A stretch of DNA of 64,000 bases from Amoebidium appalachense (Eukaryota > Protista > Ichthyosporea), in assembly GCA_963693365.1 (NCBI GenBank), contig CAVNZM010000010.1, positions 8,884,054-8,948,053 on the forward strand, written 5' to 3'. This document shows, one piece after another, positions 1 through 14,260 of this stretch (position 1 is the first letter of the stretch; every line of letters begins with the position of its first letter). The notes beneath the pieces are model-generated. The model made no database searches and was not told where the DNA came from. It saw only the letters and a list, made by a program, of their open reading frames with translations. The translations under genes were made by a program, and so were the position numbers.

Positions 1-1376
1 AATAGAAACCACATTTTGCCACGCTCAAGTGAGCCACTGGGAATTTGCTTTCTCTTTGAAGGCTTTTTGCCGGCTGAGGTTAGCGCAACGAGGCAGTGAG
101 CCCTAGGACGGTAGGCTGTCGGTCCTGAACAGACGAGGTACGGAAGGACGAATGCCCACTGTCACGTACGCGTAGGGCAGCTCCCGCTAGCCACTGTGCA
201 TGCCCTTTCCAAGCTCTGCTTATGGCAACATGTGTTCACATGAGCAGCTTGGGGCTTTCGCAGCTGGCAGCACAGATTTGTCTTTCCCAAATGGATGATG
301 ATCTGCATGTGCCGCAGCGCAGCCAGAAAACACACTGTGGCCATAACCAGGGCAGTTTTTCGGCTGTGTTATTGCAGTTGGCTACGTTCATAACGGTTGG
401 GTTTCATTTTTTTTCGTTTTATCAGTCCAAGCTCGAGGCACCGGCTTTTGGAGTGGATCCGATGGGCACCGGCCCCGTGCCCACGAGCTGGGTACCTTTC
501 TTGCGAAGATGACTTGTGCTGTGCTGCTGTATCTTCAGTGGCCCCATTTGGAACCAAATGTGCAAAACTCGTGTGCATGTTACGCTATCCCTCGTGTACT
601 CTACGATGCTGACGTGTTCATCGTAGTGGTTGCCACCCTACCTACAGTACAGTGAGGCACCAGCTGGCACAAAGCTCCACATCTGTTTTTCGGCCTTCTC
701 ACAAGGTGGTGATGTGGGCTACACTCCCAGTGGCATCGTCGCCGGTGTCAGTCACGGTGACTGCTCATTGACGAGTATACACATATACCTGGTGATCTGT
801 GAATCTGTTTATGTGGGCAACGCATCATGCTGCTGTACGTAGGAATTTGTTTTTGCCATAGTGCCCAAAACCACTCTCTGTGCAAGAACTGCGGGAGCAA
901 TACCTCTAACATTAGCTAACACCGCCAACCATATGACCACCAATCCCCTCCCCCCCTCCCCCCGCCCCCTCTCCCCTCTTCCCCGCCTTCTCCTTTTCCC
1001 TCACCTCTCACTCCACAACCAAGATGGGTTGTGTCCTCACCTGAATCCTCGCCAGGGCTGCGCACCCTTCAAAACGGAAGCTTTTCTTATAGAAAGAACC
1101 GAAAATGAAACCGGGTGACTCCTCTAGCTTCACCCTCACAAGGATTAGCTGTTATCGTCGATACATGTGAACAGAAGTCAACTCAGCAGCTACCCAGGTC
1201 GTTCGTGAGCTGCACATAGAAACTTCATAGCTAGCTGTGATGCTCTCTTCTCTACAGGAACCGGACATCATTGAAGCAGGCTCCTACAGCAGGCTGCACC
1301 TTCTTAAGCTGAAAAGCATAGGAAATGGACATATAGTTTCACTTCACCATAACAAGACTTTTAGAGAAGGTTGACC

Positions 1377-1407
<31 letters not shown>

Positions 1408-2022
1408 TTCCCCACCTTTCCCCTTTTCCCTGGGAGCACACGACCTCCCGTCCTTCCCCTGTGTGGACCTGCCCTAAACACTTTACCAGTGGTAGTTCTG
1501 AAACCATTCCAGGGACAAGCCTGTGGTGCAGGTATATGCCCTGTGCTATAAGCGTTCTCCGAACACACACCAGTTCGTTCACTTATCCCGTTTCACAGCT
1601 TGCCCACGAGAACCTGCAGTTCCTACCTGCGTTTGCGCGCATGTGAGAGTTGACCCCCCCCCCCCCCCCCCCCCGGCACCCAAAAGCGAAAAGCTCGTAT
1701 CCAGTGTTAGCGAGAACACTGCCTTCCATGTCCCCTTGCAGCCCTTCACGGCTGCTTTGTTATAGCAGTGAAACATAACCCAAAGCTATGAGTTTATTTT
1801 GCAGTAGCTTGGATAGTAAGCCACGCCCAGATTCAAACATCCACACAAAGACAAACTTTGAACCCTACTTGTCATATTCCTTTTTTATGTTATCTACATT
1901 CACAAGGTGGTTTTTCAGCTATGAAAACGGAAAAAACTTCAACTTGCACTTTCATTCCTGCTGATCCCTTCAAGAACTTATCATCTCAACCATTCGGTCT
2001 GCCTTCTTACATCTACTCACCC

Positions 2023-2679
2023 CTACTGGCCCAACATACGCACGACTATATAGGCAAAGATGACCGTTAGCAGAGCAAGTGCCAGGTTTGCCATGCTGCT
2101 GTTGAGCTGGCTGGTGCTGCGCCCACCTGCTTGGCACGACGTCAGCTGGGGGGCAAAAGACGTCATGTCTGCCCTGCGCCTCCTCTCGGCCTCCTTCTCG
2201 AGCTTCTCCGTTAACTCTGGAAACAGAAGGCGGAACTTGGGGTTGTTGATGTTGTAGTCAGCACTGAGCCAAGCTAGCTCCCTCTTGCGTTGGTCTGTTG
2301 TCTCAATGCTACCCGTAGTCGGTGTAGTCTCTAACATGAACGAAAGAAGGCCCACAAGCGCAGTTGACACACCCCAATTCGGGTTCCAGTTTTCTGGGTG
2401 AAAGTCGCTAAGAGACAGGCAGAGTCTTGCGTTGCACTTGAACCGACCTGAAGGGGTTATCATCATAATTGCTGGCGGTTTGTATGGGTATTCCTTTGGA
2501 AAAATCAGCCTGCCATGATAGTAGCCGCCTTGATACACAGTGTTCTCGGGCCCTGCAACACAAAAGTGCCATTCGAGAATGTTTGAAGGAAGGGGGACAG
2601 CTGTGATGTAGGGTGGAGGGTCGCGTGAAATCTTTAAAAACTCGCGCTGCAAACGCTTGTGCGAGGCCTCTGTAGCCAT
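2023..2679 (-). CDS. UBE2J2: Ubiquitin-conjugating enzyme E2 J / Ubc6-type, C-terminally membrane-anchored; intronless
   Basis: Starts MATEASHKRLQREF. Contains NILEWHF, YPYKPPAIMMITPSGRF and the catalytic RLCLSLSDFHPENWNP, typical of Ubc6/UBE2J. Ends in a hydrophobic tail (LALALLTVIFAYIVV). ATG at 2679 is preferred over the track's upstream TTG. Confidence 0.93.
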   Translation of the reverse strand: MATEASHKRLQREFLKISRDPPPYITAVPLPSNILEWHFCVAGPENTVYQGGYYHGRLIFPKEYPYKPPAIMMITPSGRFKCNARLCLSLSDFHPENWNPNWGVSTALVGLLSFMLETTPTTGSIETTDQRKRELAWLSADYNINNPKFRLLFPELTEKLEKEAERRRRADMTSFAPQLTSCQAGGRSTSQLNSSMANLALALLTVIFAYIVVRMLGQ

Positions 2680-3615
2680 TATTAGGGATAAAAGCTGCCT
2701 TTCAGCAAGCAAAAACGCTTGCCCCGAAACTTAACAAAAAAAGGAGAAGATCAACGGTAAAAAGTACGCAAAATCGTTGCCAAGCTAGGCCACAAAAGCT
2801 CGCCCAAAAAAAAAAAAAAAAGCGCCGTATGATTTCCTGCCCCGAGAGTTGTGGCCCTCACGTCCCCGTCACATGAAGGGCTGCGGTTCTGTCGCGAGGT
2901 GTTCAAACATTAGATACAAACATTTGTTGTAGTGTGGGGTTTGACTCTACTTTGTAAGTAGAAAAGGGGGATTTAACAAGGAAAATGTAAGCATACTGCT
3001 AAAAACGATAGGTAGCTTGTGATTTTCAAGAGCAGATTGCGGATCTGCGAGATTCCACTACAACCATATGTGGTCACCTGTCAATATATTCGATTGGTTA
3101 ACTTTTCGAAACGAAACTTGAGTGGTGTTTTGTCACACACAAGATCAGAATGTGCCACACTGTATATTGGAAGGGCAGCTTCTGAATGGCTACATGTCAC
3201 AGTTAGGCAATAGGGGCCTAACATCTATGCACCAATCAAATACCATCGTACATTACCTAATCGGTTCAAAGCTCCCCCGCAGATTTTTGAATGAATGGAA
3301 ACTTTCGAAACGAAACTTCGGGGGATGGAGACAGAGAGAAAGTGAGCGAGGGAGGGAAAGCCTGATGGCTCGCAGGGGCGGACGTCAAATTCCGAACATG
3401 TTCGAGCGGCACAATCAATAGATATAGGCCTGATTTTGCTGGTCAGTGCAAGGCTTTTCGTTTTAAGCCGATGAGCACTGTTGAGCTTACAGAGTGTAGC
3501 CAACCAATTAACCAAAGCGATATTCAAAAGGTTATCGTTTCTTCTTTGGGCTACTGTAAGGCGGAGGGACCTTGCGTTAAAGAAATAGTAGTGGCAATAA
3601 GGCATTGTAACCGCC
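2680..3615. promoter_or_regulatory. Probable bidirectional promoter between UBE2J and ALG1
   Basis: About 940 bp between divergent start codons, with several CCAAT/ATTGG motifs (e.g. ~3093, 3232, 3503). Confidence 0.4.
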
Positions 3616-6600
3616 ATGGCAGTTCTGTGGGTCCTCGTGCTGTGCCTAGTGGCTGCCGTGTGGTGGCTGAGGAGAAAAGGTACTTACCTTCTTAGCAACC
3701 TTGCTGCTTGGGTTGCTTCTTCTGTTACAGGGCAAAAGCTCTACTCCCTCCTCCATTCACTTCTGCACTGCAAATTGAACCCCTGTCTCCCCTTTCTCTC
3801 TGACTCTCTTTTAGTCCAGTTTGTTTGGGCTTCCAAGCAGCCTCAATAAAGTGCACACAACCAAACACTTCTCGTGCGGTTCTCGCGGGTCCACTCTGTT
3901 GTTTCTGGCATATGACCCCTCCCCCCTCCCCCCCCTCCCTCCCTCTCTCGACCCGATTTCCCCTCCGCCCCACGGCCTCAACAGCCAAACACCATGCTCT
4001 TTCACACACCAAAAAGCACAAATCTGGATGATTGCACTTAAGGTTGTGCCCGTCTCCACTTACAGGGCAACAGGTTGCCCTCTTCACTTCTTTGCTTGCC
4101 TACCTGCCCTCCCCCCCCCCCCCTCCCCCCTCCCCCCACCCGTCCGACCCCTTTTATCCCCCCCCCCCCTCCCCCCGCCCCTTCCATCTCCCCCCCCCCC
4201 CCTCCCCCCCCCCCCCCCTCCCCCCTCGCCCCCAACCTTGCGCCCCTCCCCCGGAGATGACCACGCTTAGAGGTGGGCCCGTCTCCACTTACAGGATGCT
4301 CCCTTACTTCTGTGCTTGCCTATCTGCCCCCTCCCCTCCCCCCCCTCCCCCCTCTATCCTCTCCCCCTCTACCCTCTCCCCCCTCCTTTCCACCACTCCC
4401 TCTCCACCTCCCCCTCCCCCCCTTTTCCCCGCCCCCGCCCCCTTCTATCCTCACCCTCCCTCCCTTCAACCCCTCACCCCCCTTTCCCCCTTCCTTCCCC
4501 CCTCCCCCTTCCCCCTTCCTTGGCGACACTCACTCCCGGCCTTCTTAACTTTTGCCACCCTCTATAACTTATAAAATTTTCCACTCTACCCCTCCCCCCC
4601 CCCCCCCCCCCCCCCCAGCGCCTGCCCCATTAACTTTTGCACCACGGAAGCATGAGGCCTCTAGTGGTTACGGAACTTTCCTCCTTTTTCTCTTGTCCTT
4701 TGGCAAGTCACCCCCCTCCCCCCAGCGCCTGCCCCAATAACTTTTGCACCACGGAAGCATGAGGCTTCTAGTGGTTACGGGACTTTCCTCCTTTTTCCTC
4801 TTGTCCTTTGGCAAGTCACCCCCCTCCCCCCAGCGCCTGCCCCAATAGCTTTTGCACCACGGAAGCATGAGGCTTCTAGTGGTTACGGGACTTTCCTCCT
4901 TTTTCCTCTGGTCCTTTGGCAAGTCACGTATTGTACCAGTTTGTTCCTCTGTAAACCCCCCCCCCCCCCCCCCCCCCTGATTTGTACCGCATGCGTGTCA
5001 AAGGCCACCCCTGCTCGCTTTAGCCCGCACCAAAAAACCATTTAAGTTTGCCACACATCGCCTTCTTTGTTCCCAACCCCCTTCCCGTCCTCACCCATAC
5101 CCCCCTTCCTCCCAGGCCGTGAGCGGCATGCCTATGTTGTGGTGCTGGGGGACTTTGGCCGTAGTCCCCGCATGCAGTTCCATGCGGCATCATTGGCCCG
5201 CCATGGCTTCCACGTGCACGTCATTGCATATGCAGGTGGGTGCTTAGCATGTTCTATTTGGGTATGTGGGTGGGGGTTTGTGGGCATGGTGGTGGTTGTG
5301 TTCGTGGTAAGAATGGTGTCTGGAGGGGAAGGAGGGGATTGGGTGGTTGGGTGTGGTGTGAAAGTGTGAGTGTGTGTGGTGGTGGTGATGGGGGGAAGGG
5401 GAGGGGTTTTTTGGGGGGGGGATACGGGGGTTTGCAGAGTGTTTGGGGTTCACATGGCTGGAACCCACTTCATCACACATGTTGTGGGTTGGAAAAGAAG
5501 AACTGTGCCCGATAGCAGTGCATGGTCAGGACATGCACCCTATGCTGAGGGTGTTGGGCTGCAGGCAGCAAACCCCACGATCACGTGGCCAGCAACCAAC
5601 ACATCACAATGCATGCCCTGAGAGAGCCAAAGCGCCTGCCCCCAGGTCTGTAGCCGCCCCCTCCCCCCCTTCCCGTGCCTCTGCATTGTGTCGCCTGTGA
5701 TCAATGCGTGCTTCGTACTTAAATTAACGCATTATAAACCCCCCTTTCGCCTTTCCCCTATTCCCTTCCTCGCCTTTTCCACCGCCCCTTTCAACCTCCC
5801 TTTGCATGGCACATCCATGGCATACATACACCCACAAGAACATACACGTGCACACACTTGATGGCATAGAAACCGATCACGCGCTTTTCCCGCCCTGTGC
5901 CATCACAAACACACGTCTCCTCTTTCCCTATTTTTGTGGTGTGCTGATCTGCTTGTCTAGGCACTGCCCGTGCGCTGTTCCTTCTGTATGCGCCCATCAA
6001 GGTGGTCTACCAGCTGGTGCAGCTCATGGCCTACCTGCTGCTGCTGCCCACGCCATCACACATCCTGGTCCAGGTACATACCAACCCTCCCCCTCTCCCC
6101 CCCCCCCCCCCCTTCTCCTCCCTTCCTTACTTACCTCGTTCTCCCCCCCTCCCCCCGCCGCCTTCACAGGATGTGCTCTGCTTGTTATGCATACTCTTTA
6201 TGTGCGGTTTGTACTCTGCATTACGTTGCCCGCTTCGAATGTGTACTTCGTATTCTATAACACATTCTTCCACCCCTTCCCTCCCCCCCCCTCCGCCCAC
6301 CCCCCCACACACATACTCTCGCATACACCTAATCCCCCATCTTCGGGGCCAACACACACACCACTGTGCCAGCCTGTTCCTTGCCCCTTGCAACCATGGC
6401 CCTGCCTTCCCTCCCTGCCCACACTATTTGGCCCCCACTGTCACTCCCTGATAGGCGCTGCAAGCATGTACGTGCACCTGCCCTGCATACCAACCACGCA
6501 CATGCACACACGTGCTCACACAGCCCGCTAACCAGCCACCACCGCCATACAGAACCCACCATCTATCCCCACATTGGCGTGTGTGTGGGTGGCCAGCACG

Positions 6601-6923
6601 GTTCGTGGTGCCAGGGGGGTAGTGGACTGGCACAACTTTGGCTACACCATTCTGGCCATGAACCTCGGGAGTAAAAGTCCGGTGGTGCGCATCCACGAGG
6701 TGTTTGAGAGTTTCTTTGGGGCCATGTGCCATGCCCATCTGTGTGTGACAAACGCCATGAAGGAGTGGCTGGCCACTAACTGGGCTATAAGGTGTGCAGG
6801 TGCATGCATGTGCATGCAGGGCGCGCGCGCGCGCACACACACACACACACACTCACACTCACACTCACACTCACACTCACACTCACACACACTCACACTC
6901 ACACTCACACTCACACTCACACT

Positions 6924-6998
<75 letters not shown>

Positions 6999-7031
6999 TC
7001 ACTCACACTCACACTCACACTCACATCCACA

Positions 7032-7116
<85 letters not shown>

Positions 7117-7280
7117 TTACACACACACACACACACACTCTCACACACACACTCACTCACACACACACTCACACATACACACACACACACACACACTCAC
7201 ACTCACACTCACACTCACACTCACATCCACACTCACACACTCACACTCACACACACACACACACACACACTCACACACAC

Positions 7281-7350
<70 letters not shown>

Positions 7351-7394
7351 TTACACACACACACACACACACACGCATTTACACACACACACAC

Positions 7395-7446
<52 letters not shown>

Positions 7447-7839
7447 TTACACACATTTACACACAGGCGCGCACACACCAACTTGGTACACTTTTTCACC
7501 CAACCACACAGAGGGAGAGATGAGGAAAGAGTCAGTTCATGCTTGTGCCTATTTCCCCCACACAGTCATGATACTCGTACGTAGAGAGATACCGGGAGTA
7601 GACCTGACGTCGAAACTTTATTGGCTAAATGGTTTGCTAGAGACAGCAAGTAGGGAATGTGTGTGTGTGTGTGTGTGTGTGTGGTGGGGGGGGGGGGGGG
7701 GGGGGGGGGTTCAAAACTTGTGAACAGTTGAGCCTGGTTTCCATCGTAGTTGAGAAATGGATGGAGCATGCAAACCTTTGGGGGAGGTGTATAGGAAGGA
7801 GGCGATGGCTCCCGCGGGAGGAGAAGGGGCCTTGCGGGG

Positions 7840-7888
<49 letters not shown>

Positions 7889-10209
7889 GTGAGGACTCAT
7901 GGTGGTGCACTCTAGGGCTGTGACGCTTTATGACCGGGCACCGAGTTTCTTCGGGCGGCTGGATGTCTCTGACAGTCACAAGGTGTGTTGCGTTGCCATA
8001 CACTGGCCTGCCAGCGTCGTGCCGGCCCTCTGTGTGTGTTTGCATGTGTTCTACCATTGCCTATTCATCTTCCCACCCTATCCTGGTCAAAGCATGTCTG
8101 GGCGCTTTCTGGTTCTGGTTGTCCATGTTTGCATTTTTTATTTTTTTTTCCCCCACCCAAAAGTTACAGTAAGCGCCCCCTCCCCTCCCCCGCCCCCCTC
8201 CCCCCCCCCTCCCCTCCCCCCGTCCCCCCTCCCCCACCCCCCCCCCCCCTTCCCCCCCGGGGCATATCCCTGTGTTTTGCACGCATGCACTCCCCTGCGG
8301 ACATTGAGGCACTCACATCTACGCGTGCAGGCACCCACACCAACACACACAAACACACAGACATGCACGCACATGCACGCACCCCCCCCCCCCCCCCCCC
8401 CCCCCCCCCCGCCCTTTGGGGTTTGTCCGCGTGGATGTGTACTTCGTACGCTATGGGTTATTCTAACCCCACCCTTTCCTGCCCCACTTCCCCCTTCCCC
8501 CCCCCTTCCCCCCCCCCCCCCCCCCCCCCACACACACACACATACAGCTATACGTCAAGCTCAGTGCGGAGAATGGGGGTGTGTTTGGGCCACCAGATGC
8601 CAATATCTTCACAATGGTGGATGCATCGGGCACTCCGAAAGAGAGGTCTGTGACACCCCATGCTAGCTGCATGGTGCAAGCACAGGAGGCTTGTCGCGGT
8701 TGTACCCTCCTCGTTCTACATAGTTTGTACCGTGACTGCACGAGAGGGTCATGTGCATGGCCGTGTGCCTTCCTTTTTGGCTGCATGCACTGCATGCCCC
8801 CCCTTTCTGTTTTCTGACCGTATCCGCATGCACTGTATGCCCTCCCCCCCCCCTCTTTCTGTTTTCTGACCGTATCTGCATGCACTGCATGCCCCCCCCT
8901 TTCTGTTTTCTGACCGTATCTGCATGCACTGCATGCCCCCCCCTTTCTGTTTTCTGACCGTATCTATACTGTATGCCCCCCTCTTTCTGTTTTCTGACCG
9001 TATCTGCATGCACTGCATGCCCCCCCTTTCTGTTTTCTGACCGTATCTGCATGCACTGCATGCCCCCCCCCTTTCTGTTTTCTGACCGTATCTATACTGT
9101 ATGCCCCCCTTTCTGTTTTCTGACCGTATCTGCATGCACTGTATGCCCCCCCCTTTCTGTTTTCTGACCGCACCTGCATGCACTGTATGCCCCCCCTTTC
9201 TGTTTTCTGACCGTATCTGCATGCACTGTATGCCCCCCCTTTCTGTTTTCTGACCGCACCTGCATGCACTGTATGCCCCCCCCTTTCTGTTTTCTGACCG
9301 TATCTGCATGCACTGTATGCCCCCAATTTCTGTTTTCTGACCGTATCTACAGGGCTGACCGGCCAGCACTGGTGGTCAGCAGCACCTCGTGGACAGACGA
9401 TGAGGATTTTGGCGTATTGTTGGCGGGTGGGTGCATGGGTGTACAGTGTGTGGGGGAGTAGTGCATGGGTGTGTGTGTGGAATAGGTGTATGGGTTTGTG
9501 TGGGGGAAGACGTGCCTGCATGTGTGGAAGTAAGTGCATGGGTGGGTGGGTGGGTGCATGGGGCAATAGTGCAGTGGGTGTCTGCCTGTTACCACTGCTT
9601 GTGCATGCACTACTTACTGGTGTATCGGCTGATTGGGTCGACTTTCAGCGCTGGAGGGCTATGAGGAGAGAAAGAAGGCTGGCGCCACTCTGCCCGATAT
9701 CGTTTGTGTTATCACAGGTCAGCCATCCCCGCCCCCCCCCCCCCCCCCCCCCCCCCCTTCCCCCTCCCCCCATCCACTCACCCACCCACCCATCCCTCTG
9801 CCCCTCTCCCAACGGCCCCCTCTCTCCACACACACACACAGACAGGGAGCTTTCTCTTTCTTCCCCTATTTCTTGGAACGAATCCATCACACACAGAAGC
9901 AACACGGTCTGCTCTCAAACCACTAAGTGCTGTCAGGTGTGGGGGCTGACTGGTGGGTGTGCAGGCAAGGGGCCTAATCGGGCAAAGTACGAGGCACGGA
10001 TCAAGGCGAGGGCTATGAAGGTGAGTGCACGTGCATGCACGCTCACACAGCACACACGTAGACACACATGCAGTATGCATGCATGCATGCAGACACCTAT
10101 GCACGGAGAGAGAGAGGGTGTGTGTGTGTGTGTGGCACACATCTACAGGTGCACAGCCAGACACCTATGCACGGAGAGAGGGAGTGAGAGAGGGTGTGTG
10201 TGTGTTTGT

Positions 10210-10242
<33 letters not shown>

Positions 10243-10810
10243 GGGGACATACAGATAAATTAAAGCTTCTTGACACGATAGTGACCTGCAACGAGCATTT
10301 ATTACGTTTTTAGTGTGCACACACGAGCAATATCCATTGGTTGCTACAAAAAAAAAAAAAACATGCACCTTCGTCATAATTTCGTGTACCAAGCATGTGA
10401 GCAATCTTGTGAGCCATTGTTTTTTAAACAACTTCCTTTCATCTGCGCCCCATTCCTTGCATCACAGGGCCTTTCCATACACATACACACGGGCGCGGAC
10501 ACACGTACGTGTGCACACAAACCCACACACATTCCTATCTTCACACACACACTTTTCCCCACAGCACGTGACGATCCACACCATGTGGGTGAGTGCTGAG
10601 GACTACCCCAGATTGCTGGGTATACCCCCCCCCCCCCCCCCCCCTCCCCCCCCTCCTCGAATCCCAGCACATGCCAACAGCAGGGTTCCTAGCTCCCCCT
10701 AATGTGTATTGTGAACTGGCCAGCATCAGCCAGCGTGCATTACTGATGTGGTTTTCTGGTTGGTCTTGTTTGCTTTGGTTGGTAAAGGAAATGGGGAGGG
10801 GGAGGGGGAG

Positions 10811-10902
<92 letters not shown>

Positions 10903-12254
10903 TGGCGGTGGTGGTGGGGTTGGATATTGAGATGGGGTTGGATGGGGGGAGGGGATGGGGGGGGGGGGGGGGGGGGGTGATGGGGGGGATGGAATTGGTA
11001 TGGTCATGCAGGGTTGCAAAGTGTTACGGGGAGTGGTGTCTAAGGGCGGTGTGCAGGGGCTGCCGACCTTGGGGTGTCACTGCACTGGTCGTCAAGTGGG
11101 CTGGATCTGCCCATGAAGGTCGTGGATATGTTTGGCTGCGGCCTGCCTGTGTGTGCTGTGAACTTCAACTGGTATGTGCCTGCACAGATGCACAGGAACA
11201 CGGGTGCACAGGCGCACACGGGCACCGGCACACAGCTGCACAGTCAAACATATACACGGGCATACACATGCACAGGCAGACACGGATACAGGCACACACA
11301 TGAATTTCAATGGCACAGATGTTCACCATTACGGGCACACACATAAATTTCAATGGCACAGATGTACACCATCACGGGCACACACACGCACAGGCACACG
11401 TGCATGCACACACACGTGCATAGACACACGTGGGCGGGCACACGCCACAAATGCATTTTTACGGACACATATAGAGGGCACGTGCTTTGCAATGAACATA
11501 TGGCCATGGCTCCAACACACACAGCACGTGTCAACATGGGTTCAGTTAGTGAGTGCCAAGGATATCCATGTATCCCCATCCCCCCCACCCTCTCTCCCCC
11601 CTCCTGAAACATTGGCATTCACTAACTGATTCATGTACACTACACCATCATAACAGTAAGGTGGACACCACCCTTCAGCGTTTGCACCCAGACACCCACA
11701 CAGCTGCACACATCCACACCAACACACGCGCACAAACACACACAAATCCCTGCACACACACACACGCACACACACACACACACAGTCTACACGAGCTCGT
11801 GCAAGACGGCAAGAATGGGCTCGTGTTTAGAGACACACCAGACCTCCTGCAATGCCTCCTGGTAACCCCCCCCCCCCCCCCCCCAACCCCCCCCCCCCCA
11901 CACACACACCCAAAAAAAAAAATACAAAATAAAAAAAGAGAAAGAAGAAAGAAAGAAGGGGAAAAAGAAAAAGACCCCCCCCCCCCCCCCACCCACCCAC
12001 CCACCCACCCAAACACAGTTTAAGAATGCCCGTGGGACCCTCAGAAGCACATGACCATCGGCAATACCCTGACCGGCACTTTTATACATGGCCCGTGTCT
12101 TTGTGCAGATATTAGGTATGGTGTGCGCAGGCTTGTGCGGGGGTGCATGCCGCACCCATGTATTCACCTCAATTGCGTTCGTGTGTGTTGTATGCACGCT
12201 TCAGGCGTTCAGTTTTCTAATGTGGTAATGTGTCCTGGTATGTAGGCCGTGTAT

Positions 12255-12303
<49 letters not shown>

Positions 12304-12532
12304 ACCCCCACCCCACCCTCCCCCCACTCTCCCATGCAGCTCTCCCCTCCCACCGACTTCTGATGCTGTGGCGCCATGTAGTGCTAACCTCTGTCCATCC
12401 CCTCAGACCCTACTTGAGGACTTCCACCAAGGAGCCGCCAAGCTGCAGAAGCTTCGAGAAGGTGTGGCTGAGTTCCAGAAGGTTCGGTGGGACGAGTCGT
12501 GGGACAAGAATGCACTGCCCCTGTTCTCATAG
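3616..12532 (+). CDS. ALG1: Chitobiosyldiphosphodolichol beta-mannosyltransferase ALG1, ~14 exons (approx. 3616-3679, 5116-5235, 5565-5645, 5961-6073, 6553-6791, 7916-7982, 8548-8645, 9353-9426, 9649-9717, 9965-10020, 10565-10619, 11058-11171, 11786-11861, 12407-12532)
   Basis: GT-AG-bounded exons give an N-terminal TM segment, then [85 protein letters not shown] and [12 protein letters not shown], all ALG1 hallmarks in the correct order. Exon edges are approximate to a few nt. Confidence 0.92.
4612..4927. repeat. Tandem repeat, ~108-bp unit x3, in ALG1 intron 1
   Basis: CCCAGCGCCTGCCCCAATAACTTTTGCACCACGGAAGCATGAGG...CCTTTGGCAAGTCAC recurs at ~4614, 4721 and 4829. Confidence 0.85.
6830..7465. 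repeat. Long compound (CA)n/(CACACT)n microsatellite in an ALG1 intron
   Basis: Directly visible, about 630 bp. Confidence 0.95.
8782..9350. repeat. Minisatellite, ~42-bp unit x~13, at the 3' end of an ALG1 intron
   Basis: Unit TGCATGCACTGYATGCCCCCCCTTTCTGTTTTCTGACCGTATC; the last copy runs into the splice acceptor TACAG. Confidence 0.9.
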
Positions 12533-13023
12533 TAACACGTGGGTGGTGCCACGTGCCGGTGGTCACCTGCGCAGCAGGTAGTCATTTTGAATGTGGGGGA
12601 TAGACGTTGGACGAGGTAGCCCATGTGGAGGCTCTAGAGGCGATTCTGCAATTTGTCAGGCATATATATGCACATGATTTGTGGATATTCGAATATCGTT
12701 GTGTATTGGCAGGATAATACTCAGTCGGAGCCGCACGAGCTCCAACTTCATTTTTGTTGGTAGCCATAACACATGCATGTGAGGCGATCTTTCGTAGGGG
12801 TAATGCATGTAGAGCATGATTGTATTTATGTGATTTCTTCGGCAGTAACACAACGGTTACCCTGATTCTGATGCTTGCACGTATATTTTGCACTAGGATT
12901 GTTGTGTACATGTGCCTCGAGTAGTACATACTTCAATTTGGTGAATAAACGGATGGTTTGATCCCGGCATGGGGCAAACTTTTACCGCTGACTGATAATC
13001 ACAAATAAACGACCTCGGATAGA

Positions 13024-13071
<48 letters not shown>

Positions 13072-13412
13072 ACACACTTGGCCAACCACCCACCCACCCA
13101 CACCCCCACCCCCACCCCCCGGAATAAAAATAAGAGAAAAGAAAAAAATAACACAAAAATCCCTAACAAGCGGGCTACGGTGCTAAAACATAATTATTAG
13201 CACTGTGGCCGGCTAGACTACGTGCCAAACACCTTGCTTCTATATGCACCAAAACTTGCATATTCAACACACCACATGTCAATGCATGTTGCGTATGTAT
13301 ATGTACATGAGAGACATGCCTGCTGCTACGTATGTATCCACAACAAACGTCTCCGGGGTCTCCTCGACGAGTCCTCGTCCATGCCCTTTAAAATTTACTG
13401 GCGGTTGGCTCG

Positions 13413-13790
13413 TCATTTTAAGAACTTTAGCCCTAAGGTGGCCAGCCAGTTGTGCATGTAGCAGCTATAGCTACAGCATGGCTTCTTGCTCTGCCCGCCA
13501 GACTGAGTCTCGCTCCGCTCTGGGTCGTCCATGACCTTGTCGTGCATGCGCTTGACACTGTGCACCACCACAAGCCCCTCTCCGCTGTCTTCCTGTGCTT
13601 CCCGTTCACTCTCCTCGTCCTTACATGTCTGGTCGGCTGCCACGGACACTGATTTGTCCGACGGCGTGTTTGCCTCCTGCGTGTAGATGCCCTCAGTCTG
13701 TACATGTTCAGCCGCAGATACGGGTGATAGTATAATCACCATTGTGATCGCGCAGCAGAGCGCTGCAGAAGTTAGCATGAGCGGGAGCAA
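13413..13790 (-). CDS. Possible small secreted acidic protein
   Basis: Hydrophobic N-terminus (ALCCAITMVIILSPVSA|AE) followed by a hydrophilic acidic region. No recognisable homology and the start is uncertain. Confidence 0.3.
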   Translation of the reverse strand: MLPLMLTSAALCCAITMVIILSPVSAAEHVQTEGIYTQEANTPSDKSVSVAADQTCKDEESEREAQEDSGEGLVVVHSVKRMHDKVMDDPERSETQSGGQSKKPCCSYSCYMHNWLATLGLKFLK

Positions 13791-14260
13791 AGAAACAGGA
13801 AGCTTTAAAAGGTGTGAGGCTCAGTGTGTGGGTGGGGTGGGGTGGGGTGAGAGTGAATGGGGTCCGGTAGGTTGTTCACTTGCACGCGTTTTCATAGGTC
13901 TAGAGGACAGTTGCAGGAATTTATGAGTAGTAAGCTACGGAAGGAAATGAAAAGGAACAGGTATGTGTGGTTGATATATAAGCACGGTGGGTGGGTGGCG
14001 GTTGGGATGGAGGGGAGGGAGGGGAGCAGCCTGAGGGTGTTATCGCATTACGTCCAAGACGTATTTGTCTTGAAACATGCAATTGCAAGACGAGTACTAA
14101 TTTAAAAATTCGGTACCGTAGCATTATCATGATGATCAGAGCTACTGTATGTGTGTCATGATAACTTAAGGCTCTCGAGACCTCGCGCACGATTTGACAC
14201 ACCGTAGGTTAGGCGTAGCCGAGGCAGACATTTGCGTGCTAAGTGTGTGTGTAGCACTCA

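Noticed and set aside
1-1340. Possible exons of an upstream gene
   Set aside because: No recognisable protein motif or consistent frame.
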